Notes: generated by a model not told the origin, from the letters alone. A stretch of 64,000 nucleotides of DNA from Eubacteriales bacterium (GCA_045589235.1 JAZNOR010000001.1:2503-66502), one strand, 5' to 3'; shown: positions 39,346 through 49,449, counted from the stretch's first letter. Program-made: numbers and translations.

Positions 39346-40872
39346 TTAGTCTATGCGACGGTTTGCCATAATTGCGCTCATAACGCGCTCGGGTGTAGCT
39401 TCATCTTTTGAAAGCTCGCCCACAATGCGCCCTTCGTTCATAATATACACGCGGTCGCTCACTCCGAGAACCTCGGGAAGCTCAGATGAAATCATAATAA
39501 CACTTTTTCCTTCTGCGACAAGTGAATTTATAATGGTATAAATTTCATATTTTGCACCAACATCAATTCCGCGTGTTGGCTCATCTAAAATGAGAACATC
39601 AGGCTCGGTTAAAATCCATTTGCTGAGCACCACCTTTTGCTGATTTCCGCCCGACAAATTTCCTGTTAGCTGAAAAACGCTTGAGCATTTGATGTTTAAT
39701 TTTTTGCGGTATTCTTCGCTGGTTGAAACCTCTAAATCCGGGTCGATTATTCCACCACGACTTACTGCATTCATGTTTGAAAGGGGGATGTTACGACGGA
39801 TATCTTCTTCTAAAATAAGACCTGATGTCTTTCTATCCTCGGTAACATAAGCCAGTCCCAAGTTGATTGCATCGCGCACACTGTGGGGAGATATCCTCTC
39901 GCCATTTTTATACAGCTCACCACTAACTTGAACCCCATAAAGCTTTCCGAAAATACTCATTGCAAGCTCGCTTCTGCCCGAACCCATAAGGCCGGCAATT
40001 CCAATAACCTCACCACGGCGCACGTTTAAATTTATTCGGTCTAAGCGCACCTTACCGGGAATGGCAGGGTCATTTATAGTCCAATTTCGCACCTCAAAAG
40101 CGATATCGCCGATTTTAACATCGCGTTTTGGAAATCTGTCCGTTATCTCTCGACCTACCATACCGCGAATTATGCGCTCCTCAGAAATTTCGCCTTTGAG
40201 CGTTTCAATTGTTGTACCGTCGCGAATAACGGTAATTTCGTCTGCAACGCGCTCGATTTCATTTAGCTTATGTGAAATTATTATTGAAGTTAAGCCTCGT
40301 GTTTTTAATTCAAGCAGTAAGTTCAGCAGATTTTCTGAATCGTTTTCATTTAGAGATGCAGTAGGCTCGTCTAAAATTAAAAGGCGCGCGTTTTTGGCAA
40401 GTGCCTTTGCAATTTCGCAAAGCTGTTGTTTTCCGACGGAAAGCTCAGACATTTTAGTTGTCGGCTCCTCCGAGAGGCCGACTTTTTTTAGCATTTCACG
40501 CGCTGCGAGAAAGGTTTCATTCCAATCAATTACACCGTTTTTGTGACGCTCATTGCCTAAAAATATATTCTCAGCAATTGATAAATCGGGAACCAAGGCA
40601 AGCTCCTGATGAATTATTGCAATTCCTGCCGCTTCGCTGTCGCGAATATTAGAGAATTTGCACTCAACTCCGTCAAATATAATTTTACCTTCATAAGAAC
40701 CATACGGCCAGATGCCGCTTAGCACCTTCATAAGAGTGGATTTTCCTGCGCCGTTTTCACCGCAAAGTGCGTGAATTGAGCCACTCTCGACCTTTAAATT
40801 AACATTATCAAGCGCGCGGACACCAGGAAATTCCTTAACGATGCCCTGCATTTCCAAAATATAGTTAGCCAT
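39346..40872 (-). CDS. monosaccharide ABC transporter ATP-binding protein (GguA/MmsA-like, duplicated ATPase)
   Basis: About 508 aa with two ABC domains (Walker [10 protein letters not shown], two [15 protein letters not shown] signatures). The start is set at MANYILEM, with SD GGAGG 6 nt upstream. Confidence 0.9.
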   Translation of the reverse strand: MANYILEMQGIVKEFPGVRALDNVNLKVESGSIHALCGENGAGKSTLMKVLSGIWPYGSYEGKIIFDGVECKFSNIRDSEAAGIAIIHQELALVPDLSIAENIFLGNERHKNGVIDWNETFLAAREMLKKVGLSEEPTTKMSELSVGKQQLCEIAKALAKNARLLILDEPTASLNENDSENLLNLLLELKTRGLTSIIISHKLNEIERVADEITVIRDGTTIETLKGEISEERIIRGMVGREITDRFPKRDVKIGDIAFEVRNWTINDPAIPGKVRLDRINLNVRRGEVIGIAGLMGSGRSELAMSIFGKLYGVQVSGELYKNGERISPHSVRDAINLGLAYVTEDRKTSGLILEEDIRRNIPLSNMNAVSRGGIIDPDLEVSTSEEYRKKLNIKCSSVFQLTGNLSGGNQQKVVLSKWILTEPDVLILDEPTRGIDVGAKYEIYTIINSLVAEGKSVIMISSELPEVLGVSDRVYIMNEGRIVGELSKDEATPERVMSAIMANRRID

Positions 40873-40926
40873 AGCACGCCTCCGTTTAATATGTCCTCGG
40901 CATTGAACAAACAATGCCGTCGTAGC

Positions 40927-42006
40927 TTATCTTTCAATTTCAGCTTCGGTATAATAGCCTGAGTCAATCAAAACCTGCTTATAATTATCGCGTGTTACAA
41001 TTACCGGACTGCAAAGATAAGTGGGAACCACTTTTACGCCGTTATTGTAGGTTTCTGTATCGTTTACTTCGGCGGCATTTCCGGAAAGAAGTGCATCCAC
41101 CATACCTACAACCTTGTCTGCAAGAATTCGTGTATCTTTAAAAATATTCATTGATTGTTCACCGTTTTTAAGTGCAACAACGTTCGGTCGGTCGCAGTCC
41201 TGGCCTGTAATTATCGGATAAGGCTTGTCTGTGCCGTTGTAACCAATATTTTTGAGCGCGGCAATAATTCCGATAGCTAAGCTGTCGTTAGGGGAGAGCA
41301 CCGCGTGAAGAGGTGTGTTATTTGCATAATTTGCAGTTAAAAGGTTATCCATTCGCGCCTGCGCAAGCTCAGATTTCCATGTGTTGATTGCCACTTTTGA
41401 AAACTCGGTCTGACCGCTTTTGACAATCAACTTTCCGTTTTCGATATACGGATTTAGCACATCCATTGCACCTTTATAGAAATAAAGTGCGTTGTTGTCG
41501 TCTGAACTTCCGGCAAAGATTTCAATGTTGTATGGACCGGGATTCGTTTCAAGCCCGAGCTTGTCCACAATGAATTTACCCTGCAGACTGCCGCACATTT
41601 CGTTGTCAAATGTTGCGTAGTAGTCGACATTGTCGGAATTCATAATCAGTCGGTCATAGGCGATTACTTTAATTCCGCTATTATGCGCCTGTGCGAGCAC
41701 ATCGCTGATTGCCGCACCGTCAACCGCTGCGATTACAAGCACATCGACACCTTTTGTAATCATATTTTCAATCTGAGAGACCTGAGTGTTAACGTCGTTT
41801 TCTGCGTATTGAAGTTCAACACGATATCCGCGCTCCTCAAGCGCTTTTTTCATATTTGCACCGTCTTGATTCCAACGCTGTAAGAATTTTGCAGGCATTG
41901 AAACGCCAACAAACTTTTCTTTATTAGTGACATCGCCTGCCTCCCCGCATGCGCAAAGAGAGAAAATTAAGACCAAGGATAATAATATCGCAACTAATCG
42001 TTTCAT
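40927..42006 (-). CDS. chvE: multiple-monosaccharide ABC transporter substrate-binding lipoprotein (ChvE-like)
   Basis: 359 aa with lipobox LCAC. It has a periplasmic-binding-protein type I fold. The ChvE-like N-terminal region is VGVSMPAKFLQRWNQDG. Confidence 0.85.
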   Translation of the reverse strand: MKRLVAILLSLVLIFSLCACGEAGDVTNKEKFVGVSMPAKFLQRWNQDGANMKKALEERGYRVELQYAENDVNTQVSQIENMITKGVDVLVIAAVDGAAISDVLAQAHNSGIKVIAYDRLIMNSDNVDYYATFDNEMCGSLQGKFIVDKLGLETNPGPYNIEIFAGSSDDNNALYFYKGAMDVLNPYIENGKLIVKSGQTEFSKVAINTWKSELAQARMDNLLTANYANNTPLHAVLSPNDSLAIGIIAALKNIGYNGTDKPYPIITGQDCDRPNVVALKNGEQSMNIFKDTRILADKVVGMVDALLSGNAAEVNDTETYNNGVKVVPTYLCSPVIVTRDNYKQVLIDSGYYTEAEIER

Positions 42007-42111
42007 ATTTTAACGCTCCTTAAAAGTTTTCTTCCAATACATTTTCACCTGAAAATTACTTGGATATTCCTATAACACGAAAAAATTTTAAAGTTTTTGC
42101 AATTAAGCTGA

Positions 42112-42140
42112 TTGACACAAGCTTTTTTGACTTGTATACT
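42112..42140 (+). promoter_or_regulatory. near-consensus sigma-A promoter for the MBOAT operon
   Basis: TTGACA-17 nt-TATACT lies about 30 nt upstream of the TTG start. Confidence 0.65.
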
Positions 42141-42170
42141 TTATATATAACATTTTTCAGGTGATGTGTT

Positions 42171-43610
42171 TTGATTTTTAATTCATTTGAGTATCTTATT
42201 TTCCTGCCGATTGTTGTAGCACTTTATTTTATGCTTGCGCCACGTTTTCGCTGGGTGCTTCTGCTTGCGGCAAGCTATTATTTTTATATGTCATGGCGCG
42301 CGGAATATGCACTACTTATACTTTTCTGTACGGCGATAAATTACGGTGCCGCAATTTGGATTGATAAAACGGAAAATAAGGCCAAAAAGAAAACGATTTT
42401 AACGGTTGATTTAATCTTAAGCTTTGGTGTGCTTTTCGTTTATAAATATTTAGGATTTATAACGGAGAATATAAATCTGGCACTCGACCTTTTCAATTCT
42501 TCAATAAACTTACCGACGTTTGATATTCTGCTCCCTGTTGGAATTTCATTTTTCACATTCCAGACACTTAGTTACACGATTGATGTATATCGCGGAACAA
42601 CGAAAGTTGAGCGCCATTTCGGAATTTTTGCTCTTTTTGTTTCATTCTTTCCCCAGCTTGTTGCAGGTCCGATTGAAAGGTCGGATAACCTGCTTCCGCA
42701 GTTTAGAGAGTTAAAAAGATTCGATATTGCAAGAGCGATGTCAGGGCTTCGCATAATTTTATGGGGACTCTTTAAAAAGATTGTAATAGCAGACCGCCTT
42801 GCACTTGTTGTAAACCAGGTTTACAACAACGCGCAAGAATATTCGGGCGCGGCATTTATCATTGCAACGGTAGCATTTGCATTTCAGATTTACGGTGATT
42901 TTTCGGGCTATTCCGATATAGCGGTCGGTTCGGCAAAAATTATGGGATTTGACCTTATGAAAAATTTCGATCGCCCGTATTTATCAAAAACTACTGCTGA
43001 ATTCTGGCGTCGCTGGCACGTATCGCTCTCGTCTTGGTATCGCGATTATGTGTATATTCCGCTTGGAGGCAGTCGTTGCAGTAAGGCAAGATATATTTTT
43101 AATAATATGACTACGTTTGCGCTCAGCGGATTGTGGCATGGCGCGGAGTGGACCTTTGTAATATGGGGCGTTATTAACGGAATTTATACGAGTATCAGCA
43201 CATGCACAAGAAATTTGCGCGGAAAAATAAGTGCAAAAATTTTTGGTGATAAATGTGAAGTATTGCATAAAATATCGCAGGTTTTAATTACGTTTGTTTT
43301 AATTTGCTTTTCTTGGATTTTTTTCCGCGCAAACAGCCTTGGAGATGCAATTTATATCATTAAGAATATGTTCCCGCTTAATTTGGCGGAGCTTATTCCG
43401 GCAATTGGAGTGTACAGGCTTGCAACTTCTGCTTTCCTTGCGCTTTTGTTCTGTGTAATTTCATTTATTTCAAGAAATGACAATTGCCTTACAAGATTTT
43501 TCTACAGATACAGAGTGGTAAGATATGCTTGCTACCTTGTGATTTTTGGCCTTATAATGATGTTTGGAGTGACAGGAAATGAAACCGCATTTATTTACTT
43601 CCAATTCTAA
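42171..43610 (+). CDS. MBOAT family O-acyltransferase (AlgI/DltB/PatA-like)
   Basis: 479 aa multi-TM protein. The N-terminus is MIFNSFEYLIFLPIV. The conserved His region is WRRWHVSLSSW..., with LSGLWHG downstream. The start is TTG, with SD AGGTGA 6 nt upstream. Confidence 0.88.
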   Translation: MIFNSFEYLIFLPIVVALYFMLAPRFRWVLLLAASYYFYMSWRAEYALLILFCTAINYGAAIWIDKTENKAKKKTILTVDLILSFGVLFVYKYLGFITENINLALDLFNSSINLPTFDILLPVGISFFTFQTLSYTIDVYRGTTKVERHFGIFALFVSFFPQLVAGPIERSDNLLPQFRELKRFDIARAMSGLRIILWGLFKKIVIADRLALVVNQVYNNAQEYSGAAFIIATVAFAFQIYGDFSGYSDIAVGSAKIMGFDLMKNFDRPYLSKTTAEFWRRWHVSLSSWYRDYVYIPLGGSRCSKARYIFNNMTTFALSGLWHGAEWTFVIWGVINGIYTSISTCTRNLRGKISAKIFGDKCEVLHKISQVLITFVLICFSWIFFRANSLGDAIYIIKNMFPLNLAELIPAIGVYRLATSAFLALLFCVISFISRNDNCLTRFFYRYRVVRYACYLVIFGLIMMFGVTGNETAFIYFQF

Positions 43611-44571
43611 AATATATGCAAAGCGAATACTTGCGTTTATCCTTGCGCTCATCATCTTCTACGCTGCGGCGCAGGTTACGGCGATAGCTTTTGCAAAGCA
43701 CTACGACGACCGCAACGGAACGCAGAAAATAACAAGCTATCAAATATCGGATTTTTATGCGCTTCCTGAAAACAGCATTGATGTTTTGATTTTAGGTTCA
43801 AGCCACGCTATGTGCACTTACGACCCGGCGTGGATTAAAAGTGAATTTAATTTAAAAACATTCAATCTCGGAACGGCGCTTCAACAGCCTGATACTGCGT
43901 ATTATCTGCTAAAAGAGGTGCTTAAAACACAGAAACCGAAACATTTAATATATGATGTTTACTTTAAGGTTTTGGAGAATGAGCGTTCAAAAGAGCAGGC
44001 AACAACGGTGCTTAAAGAATTAAAGCTTTCTGCTAATGCAGCATCATTATTTTGGAACAATTTATGCTTGGATGATAAACTGGAATTTTATAATAATTAT
44101 TTAAATCCATTTGGCAGACTGGAAAATCTTATGGAAGCATCCGAAAAATATGATGATGAGCGAAACCCGGCATACAAGGGCGACGGTTTTTATTCAACTT
44201 CAAATGTGGTATCGGAAGATTTGCTATTACCTGAAAACCATCCGTTTTCAAAGGAATATATGGGATTTAATCCGCGTCAGGTTGAGTATTTAAAAAGGCT
44301 TATCTCTCTTGCGCAGGAAAATAATATAGAGGTTATTTTAACTATTGCGCCGCTTCCGCCCACAATTTTATCGCGTATTGATTACTTTGATGAAATCTGC
44401 GCTGAAATTGGCGCGGTTGCAACAGAGTTTTCCGTGCCGTTTGTAAACTTTACAAACTCATCATCAGAAATTTTGCAAGATACGGACTTTGCAGACCAGG
44501 GACACTTGAATCAAAATGGATGTGCTAAATTTATGGAGCACTTTACAACCGTTATGAAGGAGCTGTGGTGA
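43579..44571 (+). CDS. membrane-anchored SGNH/DltD/AlgJ-like partner protein of the MBOAT
   Basis: 330 aa with an N-terminal anchor. The block I-like motif is ILGSSH and the block V-like motif is DQGHLNQNG. It overlaps the MBOAT gene by 32 nt. Confidence 0.7.
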   Translation: MKPHLFTSNSKIYAKRILAFILALIIFYAAAQVTAIAFAKHYDDRNGTQKITSYQISDFYALPENSIDVLILGSSHAMCTYDPAWIKSEFNLKTFNLGTALQQPDTAYYLLKEVLKTQKPKHLIYDVYFKVLENERSKEQATTVLKELKLSANAASLFWNNLCLDDKLEFYNNYLNPFGRLENLMEASEKYDDERNPAYKGDGFYSTSNVVSEDLLLPENHPFSKEYMGFNPRQVEYLKRLISLAQENNIEVILTIAPLPPTILSRIDYFDEICAEIGAVATEFSVPFVNFTNSSSEILQDTDFADQGHLNQNGCAKFMEHFTTVMKELW

Positions 44572-45452
44572 TGGAGAAGATTGTTTTTAAAACAGACAAA
44601 AATATGAACACCAAGTTCCCGGTTAAAATTTTTGAAAATAAAGGAAAATTTAATCAGGTAGATCATTCACACGAGTACCTGCAGATATGGTATGTGCGTC
44701 GCGGTAAATGCAAGAATTACTTAAACGGATATGAATATAATTACTCGCAGGGAGGCATCTGCATTATTCCGCCGTTTGTCGAGCATCGAATAGAAAACGA
44801 TGACGAAACTTCGGTTTTAATCTGCTGTGAATTTTCAGAGCGATTTATAAATGAGGCTTTACAGTATGAAAATCGTGACGGACTTTTTGATATTGCATAC
44901 TTAGAACCGTTCTTCTTAAGTGAAAATATGGTCGAGCAGCTTTTTAAAATAAGCGATGATAAGCTCCCGTTTGTCGACAAAATTTTCAGCGACCTGCTTC
45001 GTGAATACAACACATATCGCAAGCATTCCTATCTGTTTATAAAAGCCGACCTTTTAAAACTGCTTGCAACGATTGCATCTGAATATGATGCACGCGGAAA
45101 TCACGAAACAGACGAGCTTTTTGAGAAATACAGAGATGCAATAGACCGTGCGATTTGTTATATAAATGAAAATTACAATGAGAAAATTTATCTCGAAGAA
45201 GCTTGCAGAATTGCAATGATGTCAACGTCGACATTCTCATATATCTTCAAGCAGGTAACGGGAAAAACCTTTAGCGAATATGTGATGAATTTGAGACTCA
45301 GGCATGCGGCAGAGCTTCTGCGCGACACGCAAACCTCTTTAGTTGAAATTTGCGAGATTTGCGGATTTTCCGATTCGAATTATTTCAGCCGAGTATTCAA
45401 AAAGAGTTATGGTATGCCACCCTCACAGTTCCGCCGTGCTATGCGAGAATAA
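44571..45452 (+). CDS. AraC family transcriptional regulator (cupin sensor plus HTH)
   Basis: About 293 aa with a C-terminal AraC HTH (GFSDSNYFSRVFKKSYGMPPSQFR). The start ATG 44571 overlaps the upstream TGA. SD GAAGGAG lies upstream. Confidence 0.88.
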   Translation: MEKIVFKTDKNMNTKFPVKIFENKGKFNQVDHSHEYLQIWYVRRGKCKNYLNGYEYNYSQGGICIIPPFVEHRIENDDETSVLICCEFSERFINEALQYENRDGLFDIAYLEPFFLSENMVEQLFKISDDKLPFVDKIFSDLLREYNTYRKHSYLFIKADLLKLLATIASEYDARGNHETDELFEKYRDAIDRAICYINENYNEKIYLEEACRIAMMSTSTFSYIFKQVTGKTFSEYVMNLRLRHAAELLRDTQTSLVEICEICGFSDSNYFSRVFKKSYGMPPSQFRRAMRE

Positions 45453-45531
45453 AATAGTGAAGATTTTTTGCAAAATAATTAAGGAAAAAATTTAAAAATG
45501 TTATATAATTAAAATAAAGGAGTGGTTTTTT

Positions 45532-46605
45532 ATGAAGAAATTAAATGTTGCCGTAATCGGATACGGCAGAAGCGGATGCGACATTCATGGCGCATATCTT
45601 CACTCAAAAGCAAATGACAAATACAATGTGCTCGCAGTAGTTGAGTTTGACCCGGCTCGTGCAGAGGCGGCAAAAAAAGACTTTAATTGCGATACATACA
45701 GCGATTATAAGGAACTCTTTAACCGCAAGGATATCGACCTTGTAATCAATGCATCATATTCTGAGCTGCATTACGAAACAACACTTGACCTTTTAAATCA
45801 CGGCTTTAATGTGCTTTGCGAGAAGCCGATTGCAAAGAAGGCAAGTCAGGTTCAGGAGCTTGCAGATGCTGCTAAGAAGAACGGTGTTATGTTTACAATC
45901 TTCCAGCAGTCAAGACTTGCACAGTACTATATGGAAATGGAAAGAATTATGAATTCCGGTATTTTGGGCGACATCAAGCTCGTTCGCGCTCGCTGGAACG
46001 GATTCTCACGTCGCTACGACTGGCAGACACTTATCCGCAAGGATGCAGGTGCTATGAGAAATACAGGTCCGCACCCGTTTGAACAGTGCATTTTCTTATC
46101 CGGTACAGATGATATGCCGAAGAATATTTATTCAAAGCTTGAGATATTTAACTCAGTTGGTGATGCAGAAGACTATGTATTCGCTGTTTTAGAATATGAA
46201 AAGGGTCCGCGCTTTGAAATTGAAATTAACCCGTCAGACCCGTATAACGAGGGATGGTACTATAAGGTTCACGGTAACCGCGGAGCTATGCGCGTTGGCG
46301 ATAAGAAGATTGAATATCAGTACTATCTTGAGAGTGAGTCTCCGCAGCCGGTACTTGACCCGAATTCACTTCACAATGAAGACGGTTCTCCGGCATACTG
46401 CAAGAACACAATCGTATGGCACAAGGAAGAGGTTGAACTCAACGGTGATGCTTTTGAATATGGCACAAATGCTTACTACACAAAGCTTTACGACCATATG
46501 GTAAACGGCGGCGAGCTCTTTATCACACCTGAGCATATCAAGACAGAGATTGCAATCTTTGAAGAAATTGAGCGCCAGAATCCGCTTGAACAGAAATTCT
46601 TTTAA
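45532..46605 (+). CDS. Gfo/Idh/MocA family oxidoreductase
   Basis: 357 aa. The N-terminal Rossmann segment is MKKLNVAVIGYGRSG and the EKP motif is CEKPIA. Confidence 0.88.
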   Translation: MKKLNVAVIGYGRSGCDIHGAYLHSKANDKYNVLAVVEFDPARAEAAKKDFNCDTYSDYKELFNRKDIDLVINASYSELHYETTLDLLNHGFNVLCEKPIAKKASQVQELADAAKKNGVMFTIFQQSRLAQYYMEMERIMNSGILGDIKLVRARWNGFSRRYDWQTLIRKDAGAMRNTGPHPFEQCIFLSGTDDMPKNIYSKLEIFNSVGDAEDYVFAVLEYEKGPRFEIEINPSDPYNEGWYYKVHGNRGAMRVGDKKIEYQYYLESESPQPVLDPNSLHNEDGSPAYCKNTIVWHKEEVELNGDAFEYGTNAYYTKLYDHMVNGGELFITPEHIKTEIAIFEEIERQNPLEQKFF

Positions 46606-46607
46606 AT

Positions 46608-46640
46608 AAAAAATGCAAGGATTTATTCCTTGCATTTTTT
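46608..46640. terminator. bidirectional terminator
   Basis: AAAAAATGCAAGGA-TTTAT-TCCTTGCATTTTTT. Confidence 0.85.
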
Positions 46641-47393
46641 AAATTTATAGCTTGTACTTTTAATATGTACATCGCGGTTTCCGTCGCGCGAGTGATGCTT
46701 TAAAATAGCATAATTATCAAAGTTATAAAGAATACTTCCGCCGTCCTCAAAAATAAGCTCACTTGCTTTTCCATCTCGCACGGCATTATTTGCATATGCA
46801 ACAAGTGCATCAAGAGTTACATAGTGCTTTTTTATTGCTTGCTCAAGCGGCAGCGTTTCACTATTTACCGTTATATTAACCTCATCCAAGCCACAGTAAA
46901 ATAGACTTACATCGCGCCCATCCTTTAAAACAAACCGTTCTGTGCTCTCTTCGCTTTTAACTGCTGAAATTTCAAAATCGCGAAATCCCTCGGTTGAAAT
47001 ATCATCTGTTTTGATTATTGCAGGGTATGTTTCCATAATAAATCCGCTGTAATAAATTACCACCTTGCGACCGATTCCATAGAGATAATCAATGTGGTCG
47101 GTGCCATATTCGATTCGTATTTTATCCGAGCATTTATATTCGTTACTCTCTTTATCGGGCTCGACTAACATATATGTAGTATCCTCTTCAAGCACAGTTG
47201 CTAAAAAAGCAGTGCTGTTTGTTTCGGGAGCTTTTGCATAGCACACGATTTCGGGCGGAGAGTAGTCATAACCCCAGGTGGAGAAAACAACAGGCTTGTT
47301 ACTTTCCATTCTGTTCATATCAATGGCGTAGGCAAAACCAATGAAAAGCGCAAGTGTAACGATAATGACAATTGGAACAACTATCTTTTTCAT
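46623..47393 (-). CDS. membrane-anchored hypothetical protein
   Basis: About 256 aa from MKKIVVPIVIIVTLALFIGFAYA (signal or anchor). SD AAGGAG lies 8 nt upstream. One segment (VVIYYSGFIMETYPAIIKT) resembles the DUF3221/YobA-type small beta domain. The rest is unassigned. Confidence 0.6.
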   Translation of the reverse strand: MKKIVVPIVIIVTLALFIGFAYAIDMNRMESNKPVVFSTWGYDYSPPEIVCYAKAPETNSTAFLATVLEEDTTYMLVEPDKESNEYKCSDKIRIEYGTDHIDYLYGIGRKVVIYYSGFIMETYPAIIKTDDISTEGFRDFEISAVKSEESTERFVLKDGRDVSLFYCGLDEVNITVNSETLPLEQAIKKHYVTLDALVAYANNAVRDGKASELIFEDGGSILYNFDNYAILKHHSRDGNRDVHIKSTSYKFKKCKE

Positions 47394-47445
47394 ATTTATC
47401 ACTCCTTTAATATTTTAGACGAGTGATTTACCTTAAAGTTCCAAT

Positions 47446-47477
47446 AAAAAATCCGGTGCTGATTGCACCGGATTTTT
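47446..47477. terminator. terminator after the DUF4838 gene
   Basis: AAAAAATCCGGTGC-TGATT-GCACCGGATTTTT. Confidence 0.85.
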
Positions 47478-47480
47478 AAA

Positions 47481-49361
47481 TTATTCAAAATCGTACCAAC
47501 CATCCGTCGGGGTAAAGCCGTTATCTTCAGCTTCTACCGGAATCATAATTCCATAGCCGTCATAGCTGTCGTATGAATCAAAGTTGCGCTTCATATATAA
47601 AAGCTCACCGCGTTCGGGAATGTCATAATGCTTGAGCGCCTTATAGCCTTTTTCGTCATTTGTATAATCCTCGCGCGACTCCAAATCAGAATAGCGGAAC
47701 GCCATTCTCATAAGGCGAATGTTGTTTCTTGCCGCAGGAGTTTCGGCAAGCTCTAAAGCCTTATCAAAGCCTGCATATATTCTCTCTTTATCAATGTGAT
47801 TCTGGAGATAAACACCTGCTGTCATAATCTCACACTGACCATCGAGCACTTCTTCTGCATAGCGAATATTATCAGCAATTGCCTCGGCGCCTTTACCGAA
47901 AATTCGGGTGAAGAGCTTAAGATTATCCTCCATTGAAAGCTCGGTGTTATAAGCTGTGCGGCTGAATGTATAGAAGTTAAAGATGTTGTTCCACATATTG
48001 TAAACTTCAATTTGAGTTTCTAAACCTTCAATGCCTTTTTCTACAAAGTTTTTGCAAATAGCCTGCATTTCGTCTGCAATCGGCATATATCTCTGACGTC
48101 CCGGATAAACTCCCATAAAGTAGTCGTAATATCCAACGCCGATGCCGACTTCCTTCCATTTGAGAAGTGCTTCCTCATAGAAGGTGCCGTTTAAGCATGA
48201 GCCGTCGGGCTTGCCGACTGTACGAAGACCTGTTATGTGCCAGGTTGCCTCTTCTGCAAAAAGATTTGACGGGAGAGATTTTACGTATGCCGGCGGCTCC
48301 CAAATATCGGTATAAGCGGAGATGGCAATTTTTACATCAGGATGAACTTTTGCGACCTTTTCTGCCATTTTACCAATCATATAAAGGAAGTTTTCAGCCT
48401 TTGTGTACGGCCTGCACTTTTCGCAGCAGCACTGCGGAGCGGTACCGTCTTTATTTACAAATGTGTAAACCTTAACCTGCGGGTTCTGAGCGAGCCACTC
48501 GATAAGGTTCTTTGAAATCTGCTCAATCATTTCGTCATTTCTTGAGCAGAGAACCATCTGACCCCAGTTGTCAACCATTTCAAAACGGGTTCCGTCTTCA
48601 AGCATTTTGTAATAATCCGGATGAGTTACATAATACTCCTCGGGGAAGTATTTGTTGCCGTGTGGCGGAAGCATAGTGTCAATAGCATCGTGGTGGCCTA
48701 CGCGCAAAATAAATCCGCGCTTTGCACATTCTTCAATCATTCCGTTTCCTTTAAAATGCTCGTAAACACTGTGCCATGTGTAAATCTGATTATATCTGTT
48801 TTTGCAGAGCCAATCAAGGAAGGTGTGGTCGAGGGCATAATCTGCGCCGACACCGTGTGATGAATACTGCGCAACCGCACCGCGGAACATCAAATCTGCC
48901 TTGGCTTTCACATAATCCATACCTGCGGTGTTGATTTCATCGCACTTTGCTATAAGTTCGCCGCCTGGAACGCCTGCCTTGGTATATGCAGCAAAGCTGC
49001 AGCCGAGATAACGCTCAAAAAGCTCGTAAACCGCGTAGATTGTGCCACGCTCGCGTTCGTTTTCGTTTTTAGAACTGCCTGCGATAACTAAGCAGTTGCC
49101 AAAATCGCGAATGAAAATTCCTTCAGGACCCGGAACCAATTTATCAAATTCAGCCTCTGAAATGTATTTGGCGGAAACTTCATTTCGTGACGGGTCACCG
49201 ATTGCGATAACTTCACCGTCAGCACTTCCGTAAACGATCTGAAGGTTTGCACCGCAAACTGCTTCTATGTATTTTTTAAGCTCACTTGATGCGAAATTTT
49301 CGCGCTCGGTAGCATTTTTGGGCAAAACGATTTTAGCTGTACTTGCTTTGTTTATAATCAT
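47481..49361 (-). CDS. DUF4838 domain protein (glycoside-hydrolase-associated family)
   Basis: 626 aa with no signal peptide. The N-terminal pattern (IVLPKNATERENFASSELKKYIEAVCGA) is typical of DUF4838 proteins as I remember them. Confidence 0.7.
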   Translation of the reverse strand: MIINKASTAKIVLPKNATERENFASSELKKYIEAVCGANLQIVYGSADGEVIAIGDPSRNEVSAKYISEAEFDKLVPGPEGIFIRDFGNCLVIAGSSKNENERERGTIYAVYELFERYLGCSFAAYTKAGVPGGELIAKCDEINTAGMDYVKAKADLMFRGAVAQYSSHGVGADYALDHTFLDWLCKNRYNQIYTWHSVYEHFKGNGMIEECAKRGFILRVGHHDAIDTMLPPHGNKYFPEEYYVTHPDYYKMLEDGTRFEMVDNWGQMVLCSRNDEMIEQISKNLIEWLAQNPQVKVYTFVNKDGTAPQCCCEKCRPYTKAENFLYMIGKMAEKVAKVHPDVKIAISAYTDIWEPPAYVKSLPSNLFAEEATWHITGLRTVGKPDGSCLNGTFYEEALLKWKEVGIGVGYYDYFMGVYPGRQRYMPIADEMQAICKNFVEKGIEGLETQIEVYNMWNNIFNFYTFSRTAYNTELSMEDNLKLFTRIFGKGAEAIADNIRYAEEVLDGQCEIMTAGVYLQNHIDKERIYAGFDKALELAETPAARNNIRLMRMAFRYSDLESREDYTNDEKGYKALKHYDIPERGELLYMKRNFDSYDSYDGYGIMIPVEAEDNGFTPTDGWYDFE

Positions 49362-49449
49362 ATTTGCATACTCCTTATCTTTAATTACAAAGTAATTATA
49401 TCATAGTGCATATTTTAAAGCAATGGTTTTGCAAAAATTGAGCAAATTA

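Noticed and set aside
40061-40546. A long antisense ORF (161 aa) within the ABC ATPase gene. Similar antisense ORFs lie in hydG (15126-15536), nhaC (53192-53617) and clp (55647-56078).
   Set aside because: All are embedded opposite strongly supported conserved genes, lack SDs and have skewed Ser/Arg/Pro-rich composition. They are chance open frames.
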